From: Eledone cirrhosa
Lineage: Eukaryota
DNA length: 64,000 nucleotides
Reading direction: 5' to 3'
Assembly (NCBI GenBank): GCA_964016885.1
Contig: OZ024743.1
Coordinates: 336,970,001 to 337,034,000 of the forward strand
Part shown: positions 52,001 to 64,000 of the stretch, piece by piece
Numbering within the stretch: the first letter of the stretch is position 1
How the letters are laid out: the number at the start of each line of letters is the position of its first letter
Program-made: the position numbers and the translations under genes
The notes under the pieces: model-generated
The model's database searches: none
Seen by the model: the letters and a program-made list of their open reading frames with translations, nothing else
What the model was told of the DNA's origin: nothing

Positions 52001-55000
52001 GTAATATAACATATCAAACTATAGGAAAACATTGTACGATAAACTGTAACATAACCTATCAAAGCATGACATAACATTGTACACTAAACTGTAATATAAC
52101 ATATCAGACCATGAGATAACATTGCACACTAAACTTTAATATAACATATCAAACCATTACATAACATTGTACACTAAACTTTAATATAACATATCAAACT
52201 ATAGGATAACCTTGTATACTAAACTGTAATAAAACATATCAAACTATAAGATAACATTGTACACTAAAGTGTAATATAACATATTAAACCATGAGATGAC
52301 ATTGTACACTAAACTGTAATATAATATATCAAACTATAAGATAACATTGTACACTAAACTGTAATATAACATATCAAACCAAGACATAACATTGTACACT
52401 AAACTGTAATATAACATATCAAACTATAGGATAACATTGTACACTAAACTGTAATATAACATATCAAACTTTAAGATAACATTGTACACTGAACTGTAAT
52501 ATAACATATTAAACCATGAGATAACATTGTACACTAAACTGTAATATAACATATCAAACTATAAGATAACATTGTACATTAAACTGTAACATAACATATC
52601 AAAATATAGGATAAAATTTACCCTAAACTATAATAGAACATATCAAACCATGACATAACATTGTACACTAAACTGTATTATAACATATCAAACTATAGGA
52701 TAACATTGTACACTAAACTGTAATATAACATATCAAACCATGACATATCAGTATACACTAAACTGTAATATAACATATCAAACTATAGGATAACATTGTA
52801 CGATAAACTGTAATATAACATATCAAACTATGAGATAACATTGTACACTAAACTGTAATATAACATATCAAATCATGACATAACATTGTACACTAAACTG
52901 TAATATAACATATCAAACTATAGGATGACATTGTACACTAAACTGTAATATAACATATCAAACTAGAGGATGACATTGTACACTAAACAGTAATATAACA
53001 TATCAAACCATGACATAACATTGTACACTAAACAGTAATATAACATATCAAAACATGACATAACATTGTACACTAAATTGTAATATAAAATATCAAACTA
53101 TAGGATAACATTGTACACTAAACTGTAATATAACATATCAAACCATGACATAACATTGTACACTCAACTGTAATATAACATATTAAAACATGACATAACA
53201 TTGTACACTAAACTGTAATATAACATATTAAACCATAAGATAACATTGTACACTAAACTGTAATGTAACATATCAAACTATAGGATAACATTGTGCACTA
53301 AACTGTAATATAACATATCAAACCATGACTTAACAATGTACACTAAACTGTAATATAACATATCAAACTATAAGATAACATTGTACACTTAACTGTAATA
53401 TAACATATTGAACCATGAGATAACATTGTACACGAAACTGTAATATAATATATCAAACTATAAGATAACATTGTACATTAAACTGTAATATAACATATCA
53501 AACCATGACATAACAGTATACACTAAACTGTAATATAACATATCAAACCATGACATCACAATGTACACTAAACTGTAATATAACATATCAAACTATAAGA
53601 TAACATTGTACACTTAACTGTAATATAGCATATTGAAACATGAGATAACATTTTACACTAAACTGTAATATAATGTATCAAACTATAAGATAACATTGTA
53701 CACTAAACTGTAATATAACATATCAAACTATAGGATAATCTTGTATACTAAACTGTAATATAACATATTAAAACATGACATATCATTGTACACTCAACTG
53801 TAATATAACATATCAAACTATAGGATAACATTGTACAATAAACTGTAATATAACTTATCAGAGCATGACATAACATTGTACACTAAACTGTAATATAACA
53901 TATCAAACCATGAGATAACATTGTACACTAAACTGTAATATAACATATCAAACTTTAAGATAACATTGTACACTAAACTCTAATATAACATATCAAACCA
54001 TGATATATCATTGTACACTAAACTGCAACATGATATATGAAACTATAATATAACATTGTAAACTAAACTGTAATATAACATATCAAACCATGAGATAACA
54101 TTGTACACTAAACTGAAATATAACGTATCAAACTATAAGATAACATTGTACACTAAACTGTAATATAACATATCAAACCATGACATAACATTGTACACTA
54201 AACTGTAATATAACATATCAAATTATAGGATAACGTTGTACCCTAAACTATAATATGACATATCAAACCGTCACATAACATTGTACACAAAACTGTAATA
54301 TAACATATCAAACTATAGGATAACATTGTACACTAAACTGTAATATAACATATCAAGCCATGACATAACAGTATACACTAAACTGTAATATAACATATCA
54401 AACTATAGGATAACATTGTACAATAAACTGTAATATAACATATCAAACCATGACATAACATTGTACACTAAACTGTAATATAACATATCAAACTATAAGA
54501 TAACATTGTACACTTAACTGTAATATAACATATTAAACCATGAGATAACATTGTACACTAAACTGTAATATAACATATCAAACTATCGGAAAACATTGTA
54601 CAATAAACTGTAATATAACATATCAAACCATGAGATAACATTGTACACTAAACTGTAATATAACATATCAAACTATAAGATAACATTGTACACTAAACTG
54701 TAATATAACATATCAAACTTTAAGATAACATTGTACACTAAACTCTAATATAACATATCAAACCATGATATATCATTGTACACTAAACTGCAATATGATA
54801 TATGAAACTATAATATAACATTGTAAACTAAACTGTAATATAACATATCAAACCATGAGATAACATTGTACACTAAACTGTAATATAACGTATCAAACTA
54901 TAAGATAACATTGTACACTAAACTATAATATGACATATCAAACCATGACATAACATTGTACACTAAACTGTAATATAACATATCAAACTATAGGATAACA

Positions 55001-58000
55001 TTGTACACTAAACTGTAATATAACATATCAAACCATGACATAACAGTATATACTAAACTGTAATATAACATATCAAACTATAGGATAACATTGTAAAATA
55101 AACTGTAATATAACATATCAAATCATGACATAACAATGTACACTAAACTGTAATATAACATATCAAACTATAAGATAACATTGTACACTTAACTGTAATA
55201 TAACATATTAAACCATGAGATAACATTGTACACTAAACTGTAATATAACATATCAAACTATAGGATAACATTGTACACTAAACTATAATATAAGATATCA
55301 AACCATGACATAACATTGTACACTAATCTATAATAAAACATATCAAACTATAGGATAACATTGTACACTAAACTGTAATATAACATATCAAAGCATGACA
55401 TAACATTGTATACTAATCTTTAATATAACATATCAAACTATAGGATATCCTTGTACACTAAACTGTAATATAGCATATCAAACTATGAGATAACATTGTA
55501 CACTAAACTATAATATAACATATCAAAATTTAGGATAACATTGTACAATAAACTGTAATATAACGTATCAAACTATAAGATAACATTGTACACTAAACTG
55601 TAATATAACACATCAAACCATGACATAACATTGTACACTAAACTGTAATATAACATATCAAATTATAGGATAAGGTTGTACCCTAAACTATAATATGACA
55701 TATCAAACCATGTCATAACATTGTACACTAAACTGTAATATAACATATCAAACTATAGGATTATATTGTGCACTAAACTGTAATATAACATATCAAACCA
55801 TGACATAACATTGTACACTAAACTGTAATATAACATATCAAATTATAGGATAACGTTGTACCCTAAACTATAATATGACATATCAAACCATGTCATAACA
55901 TTGTACACTAAACTGTAATATAACATATCAAACTATAGGATAACATGTGCACTAAACTGTAATATAACATATCAAACCATGACTTAACAATGTACACTAA
56001 ACTGTAATATAACATATCAAACTATAAGATAACATTGTACATTAAACTGTAATATAACATATCAAACTATAAGATAACATTGTACACTAAACTGTATTAT
56101 AACATATTAATCCATGACATATCATTGTACAATAAACTGTAATATAACATATCAGACCATGAGATATCATTGTACACTAAACTGTAATATAACATATCAA
56201 ACTATAGGATAATCTTGTATACTAAACTGTAATATAACATATTAAAGCATGACATATCATTGTACACTAAACTGTAATATAACATATCAAACTATAGGAT
56301 AACATTGTACAATAAACTGTAATATAACTTATCAGAGCATGACATAACATTGTACACTAAACTGTAATATAACATATCAGACCATGAGATAACATTGTAC
56401 ACAAAACTGTAATATAACATATCAAACTATAAGATAACATCGTACACTAAACTGTAATATAACATATCAAACTTTAAGATAACATTGTACACTAAACTCT
56501 AATATAACATATCAAACCATGATATATCATTGTACACTAAACTGCAATATGTTATATGAAACTATAATATAACATTGTAAACTAAACTTTAATATAACAT
56601 ATCATACCATGAGATAACATTGTACACTACACTGTAATATAGCGTATCAAACTATAAGATAACATTGTACACTAAACTCTAATATAACATATCAAACCAT
56701 GACAAAACATTGTACACTAAACTGTAATATAACATATCAAATTATATGATAACGTTGTACCCTAAACTATAATATGACATATCAAACCATAACATAACAT
56801 TGTACACTAAACTGTAATATAACATATCAAACTATAGGATAACATTGTACACTAAACTGTAATATAACATATCAAACCATGACATAACAGTATACACTAA
56901 ACTGTAATATAACATATCAACATATAGGATAACATTGTACAATAAACTGTAATATAACATATCAAACCATGACATAACATTGTACACTAAACTGTAATAT
57001 AACATATCAAACCATGACATAACAATGTACACTAAACTGTAATATAACATATCAAACTATAAGATAACATCGTACACTTAACTGTAATATAACATATTAA
57101 ACCATGAGATAACATTGTACACTAAACTGTAATATAACATATCAAACTATAGAATAACACTGTACACTAAACTGTAATATAACATATCAAAGCATGACAT
57201 AACATTGTATACTAAACTTTAATATAACATATCAAACTATAGGATATCCTTGTACACTAAACTGTAATATAACATATCAAACTTTAAGATAACATTGTAC
57301 ACTAAACTCTAATATAACATATCAAACCATGAGATAACATTGTACACTAAACTGTAATATAATGTATCAAACTATAAGATAACATTGTACACTAAACTGT
57401 AATATAACATATCAGGCCATGAGATAACATTGTACACTAAACTGTAATATAACGTATCAAACTATAAGATAACATTGTACACTAAACTGTAACATAACAT
57501 TTCAAACCATGACATAACATTGTACACTAAACTGTAATATAACATATCAAATTATAGGATAACGTTGTACCCTAAACTATAATATGACATATCAAACCAT
57601 GTCATAACATTGTACACTAAACTGTAATATAACATATCAAACTATAGGGTAACATTGTACACTAAACTGTAATATAACATATCTAACCATGACATAACAG
57701 TATACACTAAACTGTCATATAACATATCAAACTATAGGATAACATTGTACAATAAACTGTAATATAACATATCAAACCATGACATAACATTGTACTCTAA
57801 ACTGTAATATAACATATCAAACCATGACATCACAATGTACACTAAACTGTAATATAACATATCAAACTATAAGATAACATTGTACACTTAACTGTAATAT
57901 AACATATTGAAACATGATATAACATTGTACACTAAACTGTAATATAATGTATCAAACTATAAGATAACATTGTATACTAAACTGTAATATAACATATCAA

Positions 58001-61000
58001 ACTATAAGATGACATTGTACACTAAACTGTAATATAACATATCAAACCATGACATATCATTGTACAATAAACTGTAATATAACATATCAGACCATGAGAT
58101 AACATTGTACACTAAACTGTAATATAACATATCAAACTATAGGATAATCTTGTATACTAAACTGTAATATAACATATTAAACCATGACATATCATTGTAC
58201 ACTCAACTGTAATATAACATATCAAACTATAGGATAACATTGTACAATAAACTGTAATATAACTTATCAGAGCATGACATAACATTGTACACTAATCTGT
58301 AATATAACATATCAAACCGTGAGATAACATTGTACACTAAACTGTAATATAACATATCAAACTTTAAGATAACATTGTACACTAAACTCTAATATAACAT
58401 ATCAAACCATGATATATCATTGTACACTAAACTGCAATATGATATATGAAACTATAATATAACATTGTAAACTAAACTGTAATATAACATATCAAACCAT
58501 GAGATAACATTGTACACAAAACTGTAATATAACATATCAAACCATGACATAACATTGTACACTAAACTGTAGTATAACATATCAAATTATAGGATAACGT
58601 TGTACCCTAAACTATAATATGACATATCAAACCATGACATAACATTGTACACTAAACTGTAATATAACATATCAAACTATAGGATAACATTGTACACTAA
58701 ACTGTAATATAACATATCAAACCATGACATAACAGTATACACTAAACTGTAATATAACTTATCAAACTATAGGATAACATTGTACAATAAACTGTAATAT
58801 AACATATCAAACCATGACATAACATTGTACACTAAACTGTAATATAACATATCAAACTATAAGATAACATTGTACACTTAACTGTAATATAACATATTGA
58901 ACCATGAGATAACTTTGTACACTAAATTGTAATATAACATATCAAACTATCGGATAGCATTGTACAATAAACTGTAATATAACTTATCAGAGCATGACAT
59001 AACATTGTACACTAAACTGTAATATAACATATCAAACCATGAGATAACATTGTACACTAAACTGTAATATAACATATCAAACTATAAGATAACATTGTAC
59101 ACTAAACTGTAATATAACATATCAAACTTTAAGATAACATTGTACACTAAACTCTAATATAACATATCAAACCATGATATATCATTGTACACTAAACTGC
59201 AATATGATATATGAAACTATAATATAACATTGTAAACTAAACTGTAATATAACGTATCAATCTATTAGATAACATTGTACACTAAACTATAATATGACAT
59301 ATCAAACCATGACATAACATTGTACACTAAACTGTAATATAACATATCAAACCATGACTTAACAATGTACAATAAACTGTAATATAACATATCAAACTAT
59401 AAGATAACATTGTACACTTAACTGTAATATAACATATTAAACCATGAGATAACATTGTACACTAAACTGTAATATAACATATCAAACTATAGGATAACAT
59501 TGTACACTAAACTATAATATAACATATCAAACCATTACATAACATTGTACACTAATCTATAATAAAACATATCAAACTATAGGATAACATTGTACACTAA
59601 ACTGTAATATAACATATCAAAGCATGACATAACATTGTATACTAATCTTTAATATAACATATCAAACTATAGGATATCCTTGTACACTAAACTGTAATAT
59701 AACATATCAAACTATAAGATAACATTGTACACTAAACTGCAATATAACATATCAAACTATGAGATAACATTGTACACTAAACTATAATATAACATATCAA
59801 AGTTTAGGATAACATTGTACAATAAACTGTAATATAACGTATCAAACTATAAGATAACATTGTACACTAAACTACAATATAACATATCAAAACATGACAT
59901 AACATTGTACACTAAACTGTAATATAACATATCAAACTATAGGATAACATTGTACACTAAACTGTAATATAACATATCAAACTATAGGATAACATTGTAC
60001 ACTAAACTGTAATATAACATATCAAACCATGACATAACAGTATACACTAAACTGTAATATAACATATCAAACTATAGGATAACATTGTGCACTAAACTGT
60101 AATATAACATATCAAACCATGACATAACATTGTACACTAAACTGTAATATAACATATCAAATTATAGGATAACGTTGTACCCTAAACTATAATATGACAT
60201 ATCAAACCATGTCATAACATTGTACACTAAACTGTAATATAACATATCAAACTATAGGATAACATTGTGCACTAAACTGTAATATAACATATTGAACCAT
60301 GAGATAACATTGTACACTAAACTGTAATATAACATATCAAACTATAGGATAACATTGTGCACTAAACTGTAATATAACATATTGAACCATGACATAACAT
60401 TGTACACTAAACTGTAATATAACATATCAAACCATGACGTAACAATGTACACTAAACTGTAATATAACATATCAAACTATAAGATAACATTGTACACTTA
60501 ACTGTAATATAACATATTGAACCATGAGATAACATTGTACACTAAACTGTAATATAATATATCAAACTATCAGATAACGTTGTTCACTAAACTGTAATAT
60601 AACATATCAAACTATAGGATAACATTGTACACTAAACTATAATATAACATATCAAACCATGACATAACATTGTACACTAATCTATAATAAAACATATCAA
60701 ACTATAGGATAACATTGTACATTAAACTGTAATATAACATATCAAAGCATGACATAACATTGTATACTAAACTTTAATGTAACATATCAAACTATAGGAT
60801 ATCCTTGTACACTAAACTGTAATATAACATATCAAACTATAAGATAACATTGTACACTAAACTGCAATATAACATATCAAACTATGAGATAACATTGTAC
60901 ACTAAACTATAATATAACATATCAAAATTTAGGATAACATTGTACAATAAACTGTAATATAACGTATCAAACTATAAGATAACATTGTACACTAAACTGT

Positions 61001-64000
61001 AATATAACGTATCAAACCATGACATAACATTGTACACTAAACTGTAATATAACATATCAAATTATAGGATAACGTTGTACCCTAAACTATAATATGACAT
61101 ATCAAAACATGTCATAACATTGTACACTAAACTGTAATTTAACATATCAAACTATAGGATAACATTGTGCACTAAACTGTAATATAACATATCAAACCAT
61201 GACTTAACGATGTACACTAAACTGTAATATAACATATCAAACTATAAGATAACATTGTACACTTAACTGTAATATAACATATTGAACCATGAGATAACAT
61301 TGTACACGAAACTGTAATATAATATATCAAACTATAAGATAACATTGTACACTAAACTGTAATATAACATATCAAACTATAAGATAACATTGTATACTAA
61401 ACTGTAACATAACATATCAAACCATGACATATCATTGTACAATAAACTGTAATATAACATATCAGACCATGAGATATCATTGTACACTAAACTGTAATAT
61501 AACATATCAAACTATAAGATAACATTGTATACTAAACTGTAATATAACATATTAAACCATGACATATCATTGTACACTAAACTGTAATATAACATATCAA
61601 ACTATAGGATAACATTGTACAATAAACTGTAATATAACTTATCAGAGCATGACATAACATTGTACACTAAACTGTAATATAACATATCGGACCATGAGAT
61701 AACATTGTACACTAAACTGTAATATAACATATCAAACTATAAGATAACATTGTACACTAAACTGTAACGTAACATATCAAACCATGATATATCATTGTAC
61801 ACTAAACTGCAATATGATATATGAAACTATAATATAACATTGTAAACTAAACTTTAATATAACATATCAAACCATGAGATAACATTGTACACTAAACTGT
61901 AATATAACGTATCAAACTATAAGATAACATTGTACACTAAACTGTAATATAACATATCAAACCATGACATAACATTGTACACTAAACTGTAATATAACAT
62001 ATCAAATTATAGGATAACGTTGTACCCTAAACTATAATATGACATATCAAACCATGACATAACATTGTACACTAAACTGTAATATAACATATCAAACTAT
62101 AGGATAACATTGTACACTAAACTGTAATATAACATATCAAACCATGACATAACAGTATACACTAAACTGTAATATAACATATCAAACTATAGGATAACAT
62201 TGTACAATAAACTGTAATATAACATATCAAACCATGACATAACAATGTACACTAAACTGTAATATAACATATCAAACTATAAGATAACATCGTACACTTA
62301 ACTGTAATATAACATATTAAACCATGAGATAACATTGTACACTAAACTGTAATATAACATATCAAACTATAGGATAACACTGTACACTAAACTGTAATAT
62401 AACATATCAAAGCATGACATAACATTGTATACTAAACTTTAATATAACATATCAAACTATAGGATATCCTTGTACACTAAACTGTATTATAACATATCAA
62501 ACTATAAGATAACATTGTACACTAAACTGCAATATAACATATCAAACTATGAGATAACATTGTACACTAAACTATAATATAACATATCAAAATTTAGGAT
62601 AACATTGTACAATAAACTGTAATATAACATATCAAACTATAAGATAACATTGTACACTAAACTGTAATATAACATATCAAACCATGACATAACATTGTAC
62701 ACTAAACTGTAATATAACATATCAAACCATGAGATAACATTGTACACTAAACTATAATATAACATATCAAACCATGATATAACATTGTACACTAAACTGC
62801 AATATAACATATCAAACTATAGGATAACATTGTACCCTAAACTGTAATATAACATATCAAACCATGACATAACATTGTACATTCAACTGTAATATAACAT
62901 ATCAAACTATAGGATAACATTGTACACAAAACTATAATATACCATATCAAACTATAAGATAACATTGTACACTAAACTCTAATATAACGTATCAAATTAT
63001 AGGACAACATTGTACCCTAAACTTTAATATAACATATCAAACCATGACATAACATTGTACACTATACTGTAATATAACATGTCAAACTACAGGAAAACAT
63101 TGTACAATAAACTGTAATATACCATATCAAACTATAAGATAATATTGTACACTAAACTGCAATATAACATATCAAACAATGACATAACATTGTACACTAA
63201 ACTGTAATATAACATATCAAACTAGATGATAACATCGTACAATAAACTGTAATATAACATATCAAACTATACGATAACATTGTACACTAAACTGTAATAT
63301 AACATATCAAATTATAGGATAACATTGTACAATAAACTGTAATATAACATATCAAACTATAAGATAACATTGTACACTAAACGGTAATATAACATATCAA
63401 ACCATGACATAACATTGTACACTAATCTATAATATAACATATCAAACTATAGGATAACATTGTACACTAAACTGCAATATAACATGTCAAACCATGGCAT
63501 AACATTGTACACTATACTGTAATATAACATATCAAACTATTAGATAACATTGTACACTAAACTGTAATATAACATATCAAACCATGACATAACTTTGTAC
63601 ACTAAACTGTAATATAACATATCAAATTATAGGATAACATTGTACAATAAACTGTAATATAACTTATCAAACTATAAGATAACATTGTACACTAAACTCT
63701 AATATAACATATCAAACTATAAGATAACATTGTTCACTAAACTGTAATATAACATATCAAACTATAAGATAACATTGTACACTAAACTGTAATATAAAAT
63801 ATCAAACCATGTCATAACATTGTACACTAAACTGTAATATAACATATCAAACTATAGGATAACATTGTACACTAAACTATAATATAACATATCAAACCAT
63901 GACATAACATTGTACACTCAACTGTAATATAACTTATCAAACTATAAGATAACATTGTACAATAAACTGTAATATAACATATCAAACTATAAGATAACAT
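31078..64000. repeat. 45-bp satellite array (roughly 730 monomers, continues past the window)
   Basis: Consensus ATAACATTGTACACTAAACTGTAATATAACATATCAAAC(CATGAC/TATAGG/TATAAG/CATGAG); TGTACA recurs every 45 bp. Confidence 0.99.

Noticed and set aside
31078-64000. CRISPR-like array or repetitive protein (MLYYSLVYNVMSWFD)n
   Set aside because: There are no unique spacers or cas genes. The 45-bp unit is divisible by 3, so short ORFs arise trivially and are broken by TAG in the common CTATA variants.

Overview
Eukaryotic, repeat-dense genomic DNA, most likely from a cephalopod such as Octopus (inferred from the tRNA-derived CORE-type SINE, the RTE tails and the heavy microsatellite load). Bases 1-31,000 are nested mobile DNA: three copies plus several 3' ends of a Tx1/L1-group LINE chained with a SINE through (ATT)n tracts, Penelope-like remnants in (TA)n tracts carrying hammerhead ribozyme motifs, RTE and CR1 fragments, two solo LTRs, and hAT and piggyBac-type MITEs. 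Two candidate host exons also lie here: a signal-peptide exon on the minus strand and a terminal exon on the plus strand. Bases ~31,080-64,000 are a 45-bp AT-rich satellite with a 25+20 internal structure and multi-kb higher-order duplications. Best leads: (1) an unassigned ~205-nt tandem pair whose branched fold is kept by compensatory and G-U changes; (2) an apparently (ATT)n-targeting Tx1-like LINE and a SINE that share a 3' stem-loop and stack into polarised chains; (3) an inverted pair of hammerhead motifs with intact cores. All alignments and folds were done by eye.
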